Below, piece by piece: positions 1 through 11,568 of a stretch of 47,449 bases of DNA. A model generated the notes under the pieces. That model searched no databases and was not told the DNA's origin. It saw only the letters and a list, made by a program, of their open reading frames with translations. Source of the stretch: Catajapyx aquilonaris (taxonomy: Eukaryota); assembly GCA_000934665.2 (NCBI GenBank), contig JYFJ02003012.1:1-47449 (forward strand), written 5' to 3'. A program made the translations under genes and the position numbers. Positions within the stretch are counted from its first letter, which is position 1. Each line of letters begins with the position of its first letter.

Positions 1-59
1 AAGACGCCATTGGAATTGGGTATTTTTCCCAGTAAGTTTCTGTCGGCTGGTTGAATAAG

Positions 60-148
60 TCTGGCCTGGGGCCCCTGGCGGGGCCCCCTGGCCGTACCGA
101 GGCCCGGGGCAAGTGTACCCAGCTGCCCCCCCCCTCTGCAGGGCCCTG
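60..148. mobile_element. right end of a GC-rich non-autonomous DNA transposon (CAGGG terminus, hAT-like)
   Basis: Repeated GGGCCCC units and a C-run ending in ...CAGGGCCCTG. The other end is outside the window. Confidence 0.45.
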
Positions 149-1381
149 GGTGCTGTATATTTGCTTGGAAGTTCATTATTGTTAATACTGGAATAGTGGA
201 GGAAAGCCCAGTGCTTGGGGCAAGATTTTTAATATGTGAATTCAATTCCATGTCTAGAATTTACCAGCTCAGAGAGGTTTATAACTTTATATTCACCTTT
301 TAACATTTTAATTACCAATGCTTGTACAATATAATGTAATACCAGGGCTGAGAGGCTCTGTCGGGTCAATCCCCCTTTATCAAATCTCTAACTTTATTAA
401 GTATAACGTAATACCAAGAAGGGATGATAATGCATAGAAGAGTAAAATAATGGCCATCCCAATGAAGTACAACATGGCAAGAATTTCACTGCTTGAATAC
501 ATAATAATTGTATTCTATTACTGAGGACAATCACAGAAATTGACCAAACCTATCATCTATAAATATTATAAGACACGCTAAGTCATTGTTCAGAGTAGAG
601 AAAATAAGATTGGAGCCTGAAGAATTAGTGCCCCTACAGATTTCACCTACTATTTTCTTTGTCATACTACCAAAAACCTGCGGTACCCAATTAATCCTAT
701 TTGGTATTAATTGGTATTGGTTACAGATGTTGGAGAAAATCTAGGGGTTTCTCCCACAAAAAGGCCAGTTTCTGAGTGGCTTTTCATCTCATAAAATGCA
801 CTTTGACCTCATAAAAAATTCACCTTTCTGGCCACAAATGGGGGGAAATTAGGCCTGGGAATTATGCCATGCCAAGATCAGCTTTTTTTTGTCCCACATT
901 AAATAAATTTCAGCAACAAAATATTTTGGCATGGAGGGTTCCCTCAAATTTCATTACTAATTTATACCCAGTAACAGGACAGTTGTTAGAAGTAATATTT
1001 ATCTTAAGTAATTACGCAGTTATGAGGAGATCACGCACAAAGGAGCAATCACCACCACTTGGAGGGGAACTTCATGAGGGTCACACATGCATTGCTGACA
1101 GGTAGACCATGCCATTCACCATCTTTTTAAAAAATGGCAACTCTAAATTCTGTTATCCTGCAAACTATATGAGCAGTGCTGTTTTTATTATTGGTCCCTT
1201 TTAACTGCTGTTCCATATGAAGATATTCATACAAGATTTCAATACCAGTTCTTTTCATTATCATCATCAACCCTCAGAAACATCCATGCAGCCTTTCTTG
1301 GGTTGCAAACCTGGGTTGGGGGCCAGTGTTCCAGAGAAACTAACATCTAAGTACTGGTATGAATTTCTTCATTTCTCTTAC

Positions 1382-1672
1382 CTTTGGCTCTTCATACCCA
1401 AACATATCTAGAATTCCAATAAATCCATCTGTGGCATGCCTAACAGCATTGTTTAATGCTGTCATTGATTTGCTAGACTTGGAGCCAGCTGTACCAATGG
1501 TAGATGCATGCTGACTCGCCACTTCTGCTTGATTGTGTACTGAGTCATTGGAATCTGAACTGAGAGTTCCTGAAGTTGACCCCAACCTCTTCAGACTGTT
1601 GGCTCTTCTTACTATGGTGGCAACTGTGCGGCAGTATAATGCTTTTGCCAAGGCATCTCTTGTCTGGTTTGA
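1382..1672 (-). CDS. dachs: dachs exon 9 (SNQTRDALAKALY...GFIGILDMFGYEEPK, switch II)
   Basis: RDALAKALY and IGILDMFG motifs; ttgcAG acceptor; AAG|GTAAGA donor; 291 nt. Confidence 0.94.
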
Positions 1673-1737
1673 CTGCAAGAATAGTTATTTCCTAATTACA
1701 AATAAGTTCAATTTTTATGTAAATACTGTGAACTAAC

Positions 1738-1991
1738 CATTACAGCATCACAGACAGATTTTACAAGCTGCCCTCGAACATTGTGTGTACGTGTAGTGAT
1801 CCCCTGGAAAAGTGATGCTTCAGAGACACCCAGCAAAGCTGACACAGCTTTCAGCTCCTGTTCGCCTCTCACACGAACTTCTGCTCCAGGACCCACCCCA
1901 GGTCCAAGGCTTTCTGCAAACTGCACATTTCCAAGAAGTAAAACTGATGCCAGTACTCTCATCACATCGAGAAATGGGATGCCCAAAATAC
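1738..1991 (-). CDS. dachs: dachs exon 8 (ILGIPFLDVMRVLASVLLLGNVQF...KSVCDAVM)
   Basis: Myosin LLLGNVQF motif; tttatAG acceptor; ATG|GTTAGT donor; 254 nt. Confidence 0.93.
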
Positions 1992-3378
1992 CTATAAAAA
2001 AAAGAATTATATTCATTATAGTAAACAAAATCAGTGACATACAGGTTGTGTCTAACTGTGACAGGAAGTGTATTCATTGGGTCCAACTAAGTGTCCCTGT
2101 CCAGTATACTGCAAGTGTGTGGATTAGAGACACCAATATATTGGTAAGGACAGGCAAGGAGGTATGGTAGCATGCAGTGATTGTTACTTTCTGTTTCTAA
2201 TAGAACCTGCATATGCATCTGCCTATGTTAGTTGTGATTCTCTCTCTCCCTCTTTCCCCCTCCTTCTCCTGCTCCCTCCCTCCGTTCCCCAATAAGCAGT
2301 ATTGCATTTGCAAGGGTAATGCAAAGTATAAGGGAGCCAATCAACTGTGCATGTGGGCATGGTTGCAGAACTATGCTGATGAAATATACGAAGGTCTATA
2401 AACTACTACAGACCAGAGGATCCTTCATGTAGAGGCATCATTTGATGTCTGAAACCTCATTACAAGATAATGTGCTGGAAACATAAGGTACGGTATAAAT
2501 TATCTTTGGAAGTAGGCATCCCTCCAAATGGCCTTGCCTTTTTTACCTAAATTCTAGGTGTTACAATGCAATTTAAATTTAAACTACAATCTCATTTAGT
2601 ATAACAGGCAATGGCCAAGATGATCAGAGTGTCATAGGCTGTTTCCAAGATGTAGATGGCATACTTTTTAATGGTAATTATTTTGGTGATGAGGCTGCAG
2701 AGACCAAATGAGGACTATACATAAAGTGATTCTGTGGTGTGTAGGTGTCCACCCTAGAAGTGTGTTGCAATCATTATGTAAAGCCCAGTATATCCACCCA
2801 CCAAATTATGTTTCTATGAGAACAACCAAGAGGCCAAGATAAATTAGTTCTTGATCCACTTACTCAAAGGGAACATGGTCAGTTATCATAAGGAATGTGC
2901 GCTCTTAGAGGATGGGTCAGTTCAGCCAACTTTTGGTCATTATCATTAGCATTGGTGTTCTCACCTGATGTATTCATACAGTGAGCCCAGATTTCTTCCA
3001 ATACTAGAAGTCTGAAGGTAGACCCTTGTTCTTGTCACAGTGCATATTCTAGATGGCATGGAATTTTTCCATCCAATACTAGCTCCACCAATGGCAACCA
3101 AAATGTGGATGCGAGAACTTCCCTAAAGCCTCGGATTTACATCTGATATTTATTCATAATCATGTCAGAACATATTGATTGCCTCTCTCTCATTTGCATC
3201 ATTCTAGACAAATATGCCATTTATGACAGCCGCCTTTAGGTAAGCTAATCAAGTTCATGCATTCTGCAATATATTTGATGATTCAAAAGGAAAGCAGAAA
3301 GAATGCTTTTTCACTGAGTGCAGCTAGCATGCTTCAGAAAGGAAGCTTAAAAATACAGTATGTCTAGAAAATCCTTAC

Positions 3379-3495
3379 CGAGGCAAGCTTTCCATGCCTG
3401 AAACCTCCTGGAATCTTCAGCTTCATCTTGCATGGTGTCTCCCCGATTGAGGTAGCATAACTTGTGAATTGAGTAACCTTCCAAATGTAATTTAG
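3379..3495 (-). CDS. dachs: dachs exon 7 (KLHLEGYS...FQAWKACLG)
   Basis: Follows a 60 nt intron; ttacAG acceptor; G|GTAAGG donor; 117 nt, phase 1-1. Confidence 0.92.
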
Positions 3496-3555
3496 CTGTA
3501 ACAAAGACATCATCCATAAGAAAACTAAATCTTCCATGTGACATTGCTTACTTAC

Positions 3556-3715
3556 TCCTTTCCTCTGGCGATAGACCAGCTAACATTTGGTAAAATATGT
3601 GGTAGTTCTTTTCATTTGGCAAAGGGCACACTACACGTGTCTGGTCCAGAAAGTAACAATGAATCTTCGTACGATACAAAGCTCCATCAGTCACTTGCAC
3701 CTCAATGAAATGGCC
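3556..3715 (-). CDS. dachs: dachs exon 6 (GHFIEVQVTDGALYRTKIHCYFLDQTRVVCPLPNEKNYHIFYQMLAGLSPEER)
   Basis: Myosin EKNYHIFYQ motif; aacAG acceptor; A|GTAAGT donor; 160 nt. Not in the ORF track. Confidence 0.94.
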
Positions 3716-3796
3716 CTGTTTTAATATGGAATATAAAAATCAGTTAACCAGTGATACAGTGTACGGTATATGTTCAACAGATGTAGTAATACACAC

Positions 3797-3969
3797 AATG
3801 CGACTAGCTTCAGAATTGGCGTTGGTCTTGGCACTGCCAAGAGAGCGAAGGACAGTAAATGCAGCTGCCAGGTGCTTGAATGCATCTGTCTCCGGTCCAC
3901 CTCCAGCCACATCAAATAACTGACGAAGGAGCAACATGGAAGCCAGTGTTTTACCTGAGCCACTGCAAC
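3797..3969 (-). CDS. dachs: dachs exon 5 (P-loop GCSGSGKT ... NANSEASRI)
   Basis: P-loop and switch I region; ttacAG acceptor; ATT|GTGTGT donor; 173 nt. Confidence 0.93.
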
Positions 3970-4085
3970 CTGTAAAATGGACACCTATGTTATTGATTGT
4001 ACATTACACAACTATAAATTCTATTTAATGTGGTAATAGTTTAACTTGCAATAACAAGGACTTCTTTTAGTGATCCAATTTTGTG

Positions 4086-4232
4086 GTATCATCAGTTGAA
4101 AAAGAACTGTCCCAGTCATCCTGACGTGTGGGCTGGCCGCTCGACACACACCATGTAAGTTACATGGTGTGTGTCGAGCGGGCAGCACACACATCAGGAT
4201 GACTGGGACAATTCTTTTTCAACTGATGATAC
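4086..4232. repeat. 147 bp near-perfect palindrome (73 bp arms, 1 nt centre)
   Basis: The arms are reverse complements with 4 mismatches; centre at 4159. Confidence 0.95.
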
Positions 4233-4270
4233 TTACATTCAGTGCATTTACAATACGGAAATCACTGTAC

Positions 4271-4442
4271 CTGAGAGAATGATGGCTTGAGGATAACCAG
4301 TTTCAGCTTGCTGCCTGACTGCTTCATGTACCACTCGCAAAAGTTGAGGGCAGCGATTCATATTTCTTGTACTACTCAGTGTCAGTGGGTTTCCTACATC
4401 TCTGTATGGGTTGAGAACCAAAAGAATTGGACCCACATGTGT
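4271..4442 (-). CDS. dachs: dachs exon 4 (THVGPILLVLNPYRDVGNPLTL...QAIILSG)
   Basis: Myosin GxILxxxNPY motif; tttcAG acceptor; G|GTACAG donor; 172 nt. Confidence 0.93.
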
Positions 4443-5987
4443 CTGAAAATAATACAAAATCATCCAATCATCTTCACTATTAATGTCATGTGATGAAAGG
4501 TGACGTCAGTCACTGGACATGAGTATATCTGGGAAATTTTTCTGCTGTCAAATTTTTAGTAGTTATGTCAGACTATACTAAGTCATGATTCTGAACTTAT
4601 GTCCTAGGGTCAGACATTCAGGACCTAAGTTATTCTTATTGATAGTCTTTTAGGTGTACCAGTCGAGTGAATAATTATGCATAGGTGGAAAATAGACAAA
4701 TAGTGAATACTTTCAAACAGGTCAGGAGTGTGATTGTCAGTCTTTTTGTGCACACGTGGTATGAACACATGCTAACAGTAACAGGTGCCCAAATTTATCA
4801 CAATAATGACATGCCTTGTGTGCCTAATGTGGAATACTATTCCACACAAGGAACACACAACTTATTGAAAGCCAGTGTCACAGCCCGTGGTCACAGAATG
4901 GAAAACACTACACTCGTCAAAATGCCACGAAAGGGGTGAAAGAGATGCCGTAGAACCCTGACCAGATGTCTAAAGCCATAATTGCTGATGTATGCAAGAA
5001 GATGGGATTATCAATAATGATGAGGTGCCTCGCACAATTCTGTCTCATCTACTAAACAAGGAAGGAGATATGAAACAGCAAATAGAATACCCCTTACACC
5101 TGATACCAAGAGTAAATGCTGATACTCGTATGTATGTGATTTCTGTCAATAAAGGAGGTATTCCACATTAGTAACACGAACTTTTTCTGAGGGATCATTT
5201 TCGTAAGGTTTCAGAAAAATGTGAATATGATAAAAAAACTGCAATTGGTGGTAATTTTCTTTCGAGATCTAATAGATAACTAGTTTTTCTAATTAAATGT
5301 AAGTTTCAGGCAGTTTCAGTTATTTTTGCAATCTGTAGAAGCTAAAACATAATGGGTATTCCACATTAGGCACATCTCTACACTACACGACAAAATTGCA
5401 TTCCCTAAATGTTTATTTTTCTATTCTTCCTCCCCGCCGCCAACTCCATCTGCCGGTTGCCCGCAAGAAACGAATAGTGGGGAATCGCTACGCTCCCAAT
5501 GTTAATTTCCCGACTTCATAACACGCGATCGGGTTAATCGATTTCAAATCGGAAACAAGATTTACACTCCGCTCACTCCAGTTTCAAACTTTAGATAGAT
5601 AAACAACAACTAGGGCCATTACCGGGGTCACTATCCGGGGTCAAAGTTCAAAAATGTGTCGTTACTTCGACAAGGGTACAGCCTAAACGGTGCGTCGTAG
5701 AGGGTCATACAGTGTGTTATTAGAACCGCAATGTTCCCAGGAAGCGCCCTTCTGCCTACCTTTTTTGAGAAAAACCTTTACTTTTTGAGTTTCGAGGCGA
5801 TTTCGATAGTGTCAGTTTTGTGGCTCTCGCTCTCTTTCTGTACCGAGACCGGATATACTACTAGGGAGGGGGGTCCCAGTCTGGAGCCCACTTCCCCCAC
5901 AGGAGGTTGAAGGGGGGAAACGTTTTGGGACGAAAGGGGGGACATCAGCAGGTTTTTACTTTATTCTGATGATGAAAAGAATTAAAT

Positions 5988-6342
5988 AAAAATAGGCAGT
6001 AAAACTGCAGAAAACTATTCTTCCTCTGGGTGAGATTAAAAGTAAGAAACAAGTCCATAGGTGGGGGTTGGTTCGTGTCATAGGGATGTGTGATAATCAA
6101 ATTTAATTCAAAACATTCGTGCTTTGGGGCTGGGAAGAATTAGGCAGAGTATGAGAGTCGGAGGAGTACGTAAAAGCGATATCTGCCTAATTCTTCCCAG
6201 TCCCAAAGCACGAATGTTTTGAATTAAATTTAATCATCACACATCCCCATGACACGAACCAACCCCCACCTATGGACTTGTTTCTTACTTTTAATCTCAC
6301 CCAGAAGAAGAATAGTTTTCTGCAGTTTTACTGCCTATTTTT
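5988..6342. repeat. inverted repeat, 161 bp arms and 33 bp spacer
   Basis: 5988-6148 versus 6182-6342; 5 mismatches, all transitions. Confidence 0.95.
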
Positions 6343-6543
6343 TTCGGCTTCGACGGCGTTGGTGTTACCTGACAACCGCGCCGCCGCGCCGACGCGACGG
6401 GAGTAGGAGGACGAATTCAAGCAGTCAGCATGATGAGCGCTTAGAGTGTTCTTTCGATTGTTGCCACTGTTTACAGGGAGCGACGAGTCACGCGGACGAC
6501 CCAACGACGGGTCTGCCTGCTTACACAGTCATAGCACGGATAC

Positions 6544-8029
6544 GCAGAAAAAAACGGGAAAATAATGATGTTAGAAGCAAGCCACTTTGGGAAAATGTTA
6601 CCTGCTGGACTCAAAGAAAGGTTTTTGTCCACAGCACACGAAATACATATTCCTTGCCTGGGGAGGGGGAGTCAATTAAAATCAGGGGTGTGCTAATTTA
6701 AAGTGCGTCAACTGACGTATTCTTTCGGCTTAAATGTCGTTTCCGCGTAATTCGACAACTCTAAGGCGAATGGTGACCATGCCCCGTATGTCATTCACGT
6801 AATTTTTGCTCCTCTGACGTCATGTTTCAAAACGGTCGCCCCAGGCATGTGTCGTTAGTCTGTACGTTGTCCTCGTCCTGTAGGCTACATGATCCTGTAC
6901 CTCGTGCTGGCGCTATTGTGATGCGAATGGGGAGGCCATTTTTAAGGCAGCGCAGTAGCAAAAATACGGTAGGCGCATTTCATACCGAGCTTTATTTTTT
7001 TTGTCGCGAAACTCGTCGTTAATCTGGAAAAGTACGAACTAGGTGACATGCGCAAAGGTTTGACCTCTACAATGATGCCATACCTCGACATGATTGCGTT
7101 GAAAATTGTGGACATACGGCCACAGAAATGTGTCCGATTTTCACACAATTCCTGCCCCCATGTTAATCAAATTGGCTTTTCCAAAATGCCATTTTCCTAT
7201 CACTTCAACTAGCCGTAAGGTCATTTCTAGGCCGAAAATGGAAAAAAGACGCACTAGGTGCCCTGCGCCAGATCATCTACTATTTTTTGGTGCAATTTGT
7301 GTGTCGATTGAACAATTTTTGAAGCCGTACGGCCACAGAAATGCAAGCAATGCCGAATCCTCCTACGCTGCATGCATAAGCAAGTTTGTTGGGGTCGTCG
7401 CCAGGGGCATTAATTGTCACCGGAGAGACACGAGGCTCGAGGCTCGAGGTGAGTCAAGTGTTGAGCTTGGCAACGGGACAGGGATTGTTGGAGAGGGGGC
7501 AACAATTGCCTTCTATTGTTGTACAGCCATTCCGTAGGCTCGTTTCGACAGCTAGCTGCAGAGCCATCTGATTTACTGTATTTTTGCTACTGCGTCCCCT
7601 TAAATATAACGTCAGAGGGGCCAAATTACGTGAATGACATAGGGGGCATGGTCACCATATTCGTCTTGGCGGGGGAGGCGGAGTGGTGCTGCGGTAACGT
7701 ATGCGCCCACGGATGTTAAGGTCCCGGGTTCGATCCCAGCCCGGGGACACCCCCTTCATCTCGTGCAGAGTTCAGGGTCACCTCTGGCTTCGTCTCGGGT
7801 GGTATTTCCACAGACTAAACCACCCGGGGAAGTTCACTAAAAATAGCCACAGCGTCAGATGCACTGCACCTTGCACATCCCCTCCTGGCTCCTGTCATCC
7901 TGCCCGTGGGCCCGGGCGCTTCAAATAATTGGCTCTATGTACATAATGATTCAATCAAGGTTCCGTGTGATATACCCCCACCGGGGGTGAAAGCACCTAC
8001 CCAGGATTATATAATTATTATTATTATTA

Positions 8030-8080
<51 letters not shown>

Positions 8081-8294
8081 GTCTTGGCGGTGTCGGATTA
8101 AGCGGAAAAGCACATAAACAGAAAGAATCCGTCCGTTGACGCACTTTCAATATTAGCACACACCTGATTTTAATTTTAATGGCGGGATGAAATTATTTCG
8201 GGTACTGTGGACAAAATACCTGTCGTTAGGTCCAGGGAACATTTTTCCAAAGTGGCTTGCTTGTTCTAACATCATTATTTTGCCGTTTTTCTGC
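6544..8294. mobile_element. fold-back element, or two inverted copies of an unclassified repeat, with the right arm interrupted by a SINE
   Basis: 6544-~6972 aligns, with divergence, to the reverse complement of ~7572-8294 once the SINE at 7673-8075 is removed. Internal direct repeats start near 7038 and 7252. Confidence 0.7.
7673..8075 (+). mobile_element. tRNA-derived SINE, family A copy 1, with (ATT)n tail
   Basis: Pol III B box GGTTCGATCCC; 15 bp TSD TATTCGTCTTGGCGG at 7658-7672 and 8076-8090; two further copies in the window. Confidence 0.9.
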
Positions 8295-8297
8295 TAC

Positions 8298-8346
<49 letters not shown>
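8298..8346. repeat. (TTG)n microsatellite
   Basis: Read directly from the sequence. Confidence 0.97.
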
Positions 8347-8347
<1 letters not shown>

Positions 8348-8986
8348 AGTTAACTGCACATATTTTCTCCGTTGGCCCTGAAACTGGCCACCTTGCATGT
8401 GAGATTTTGCTTCTAAACAATTATTGAACACTTGGTCCTCCTGACCATATCAGGACAGGGCCATGACGGTGTTTGAAAGACAGCACAAAAACTTAATTGC
8501 TCAGCTCCGGGCAATAAAACGAGTACGGAAGAAGTCAAATTTCAAGCACTAATTTGACCGTCTCTCCCTCTCCCTCTCAGGCAATCTTACGCACTTCATG
8601 ACCGAATTATTTGATTATTATTTTACTTTACTGTATTTTATCCTTTGCAAATTGTCAGAGAAGACTTGGCCTGTCGCGGGTCAGTCAGCAGATGCGCACA
8701 TGGCGTGGCTGTGAGGAAGTTACCCGTAAGCCATGGGCGGGCTATCAGGGTATAAGAACGCAGTACAAGCCGGAATAGATAACTGTATCTATTCACACAC
8801 ACCTTGAACTTGAGGGGCCCACCCATTCGCAGTACCTGGATGGTCAGGTCCAGATGAACCCACAGGCAATGACGCAAGGAATCTCTGACAGCTCTAAAAG
8901 CTGCTTTTAATCACCCCTATTGTTAATCAGCACCATTTCATAAACGGCTAATCACTGGACAACCATTGCTGGAAACCTATACTCAC

Positions 8987-9147
8987 GAAGTAGTGTCCGG
9001 CGGCGAAGCGGGCTTGAAGACACTTGAGGACGGCATCTTCGGTGAGAGGACCTGTCAGATGAATCAGGTCCTCGAGTTCCACGTAATCGCTGTTCTGGCT
9101 TCGGCAAGGGGCTGTCTTCATCACCCCGCTTTTCAAGCAGCCCGTGT
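8987..9147 (-). CDS. dachs: dachs exon 3 (DTGCLK...ELEDLIHLTGPLTEDAVLKCLQARFAAGHYF), start of motor domain
   Basis: Pyrimidine tract + ccAG acceptor; donor TTC|GTGAGT; 161 nt, phase 1-0. Confidence 0.92.
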
Positions 9148-9549
9148 CTGGAACGAGGAAGGAAGGCACAGTTGTATTTCGTAAATTTTGAGTCTTTCAG
9201 ACAGGCAGTTCGATTACTTCTGCCCCATCATTTGGCATACATCTGCCTGATGTTATTGTTTCAACCATATAATAGCATGAATATAAAACTAACAATCACA
9301 GTCCCAAACATCATGTCCCGCTCTGGTGCGTGAGATCATCATACATTATTTTCTCTCATTCAATGAGCCAAAAATATCGTGAGATTTTAATGATAATATT
9401 ATTATAAGAGCTAAGACCAATGTGAACATAATTGCGAGATTGCCTGACATTTCGATGATGTACACTGCTGCAAAAATCAACCCGGCAAATAAAAGCAAAA
9501 ATCACCACAGTATACTATATAATATGTCCAATTCAACTCATACCGCATG

Positions 9550-9622
9550 TGCCTCTGCCGGGAATCGAACCCAGGTCCAGGCTCCGCACAGAGCACGTGT
9601 TCTACCACTGAACTACAGAGGT
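9550..9622 (-). pseudogene. tRNA-like sequence (Gly-like D and T arms, disrupted anticodon arm); pseudo-tRNA or SINE head
   Basis: Acceptor CCTCTG/CAGAGG; D arm GTTC-AGTGGTA-GAAC; T arm CTGGG-TTCGATT-CCCGG; no canonical anticodon stem. Confidence 0.7.
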
Positions 9623-10055
9623 TATTGGGCTGAGCTGCCTTTATCCTCCTTTTTTTCAAATCATAATTGCTGAACCGAGTAACGTGGCTTCCATAAATAT
9701 TATGCGGTATTATGAGACTTTCAACTTTAACACATCGGTTCCCGAGTTCATCGTAATAGGCATCGGGAAAAATTCAATTCACCTATTTGAAAATAAACCT
9801 GAATTGTCACGTGACTCCAGGAAAGATATGTGCTACCTCGCCATATTTATTGTTTATGTAAATGCCGAAAAGACGGCAAGATATAGACCCTAATGGAATG
9901 AATTTGAGACCTCTTGATATATTAATGGGCACACAATATATTTCGGTGTGAATTATTTTTAGTAAGAAAATTCGGTTTCTCTCTAGCTCCTTTTTATGTA
10001 TACGCCAATATGTCATACATTTATCATATAGTGCGTAGGACCGTCGTGGGAAATA

Positions 10056-10383
10056 ATAATAATAATTAATTAATAATAATTCTTGGGTAGTGCCTGACCT
10101 TATATATTTATAGGGTATGCGGCACGGACCTTTATTATAACTTGTAGTACATAGACCATATTTTTGAAACGCCCGGGCCCACGGGCAGGATGACAGCAGG
10201 GGATGTTCATGGTGCAGTGCAATGTCTTAATCGTGGCCATTTTTAGTGAACTCCCCCGGGTGGTTTAGTCTATTTGAACCCTGAACTCTGCACGAGATGA
10301 AGGGGGTGTCCCCGGGCTGGGATCGAACCCGGGACCTTAACATCCGTGGGCGCATACGTTACCGCAGCATCACTCCGCCTCCC
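10056..10383 (-). mobile_element. tRNA-derived SINE, family A copy 2
   Basis: The first ~105 nt differ from copy 1 at one position; (ATT)n-like tail; 12 bp TSD TCGTGGGAAATA at 10044-10055 and 10386-10397. Confidence 0.9.
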
Positions 10384-11322
10384 TATCGTGGGAAATACAA
10401 ACCCTCCCCAATAGGTCAAGTCCGTGGCCTTGACATCACCAAAAACATTACAATAATTCGCACCTTGCCATATTGATGCCGTAAACCTCTCACCCATCTA
10501 TGCTCTCCCCCTTCTCTTGGTAACTTTGCAGACACCACTTTTCGTACAATTAGCACGAGTGCAAAACCGTCACACCAATTCAGGGAGCAGTCTAAATTTG
10601 CGAAATTAGTTTTAATGCCGATTATGTTTAATTTAAAATGCTGGTTTTGCACTAAAGATTCGAAAAAAAAATCAGATATAGAGGAGTGGTACACGGTGCT
10701 GTTTCGATCATCATTCCTCTATCCGCCCTCTATCGGAAAGCCCTAGAAAGTATAGAAACTGGCACATTCGACGGTCAGACTGCAGGTAAATATTAGACCG
10801 GATATATCACGTTACTCACAGTCTACTACATCGGTACTCAAACCTTTTAGTTGTTCCCTAATATGATTCTTTAAATGAAACTATCTGTTTCGTTATCCTT
10901 CGCGTCGAAAGTGGCCAGTTTCCGAGAATGCAATTAGTTTCGGCCACGTTTCGCCCAACATCTAACTAGCGGAAAAACTAAACTCGTCACTGACAAGGCC
11001 AGGTTGCACCATTGCAGGTACAGCCTAAATCCTGGGTTTCCCCGTTGTTTCTAATTGCACTAAGAATTCCCCGACAGTTTACACCCACATATTCCTTGTC
11101 ATTCGTTAGAAAGGCAGGTTATAAGTGCATGAAATACATGTTTTAATCCGCCATATTACTTGGGAGGAAGTTATGAAATTGTAACTGCGACAGACTCCTT
11201 TTGGCACTCATCCTTTGGCCCCTTGGTGAAGGCGATAGAAAAAGAAGACAACCGTACCGGCATGAATGAATAATCATTTCCAATGTAACCAGATTATTGT
11301 CGTAAAGTGGTATAAGACACAC

Positions 11323-11568
11323 CTTTGGCGATGGAATTGGAGCCTTGTACGCCAAGACCTGTCACCTGAGAGGGCGGGTGAGGAATCGGTATCGGGGCTG
11401 CATGGTTGTTCCCGACGGCAGGTATGGAGGCTGAGCTTGACCTCAGGTCAGAGGTCGGAGCACCGGATGGGTTGGCGTTAAGGCAATAACTGCGTAAGGT
11501 CACCAACTCAGTGCTGAGGCTGCGTAGTCGCTGCTGCAAGTGCACGGCCTCGTTGGATGACGAAGCAT
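11323..11568 (-). CDS. dachs: dachs exon 2 (DASSSNEAVHLQQRLRSLSTELVTLR...NSIAK)
   Basis: Acceptor tttgacAG|ATGCT; donor AAA G|GTGTGT; 246 nt, phase 1-1. The 3' boundary is inferred from phase. Confidence 0.85.

Noticed and set aside
1..1381. Next dachs exon (expected xxQLEHLCINL-like)
   Set aside because: Not found on the minus strand in this interval; it is presumed to lie beyond the window.
1533..2170. + strand ORFs overlapping exons 8-9
   Set aside because: Antisense shadows of dachs coding sequence.
6249..6701. 150 aa + strand ORF
   Set aside because: It runs across a hairpin arm and repeat junctions and has no recognisable domain.
7673..7750. Functional tRNA gene
   Set aside because: There is no acceptor stem, and it continues into a SINE body with tail and TSD.
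7906..8381. Poly-Ile and poly-Leu ORFs resembling membrane peptides
   Set aside because: They are translations of the (ATT)n SINE tail and the (TTG)n microsatellite.
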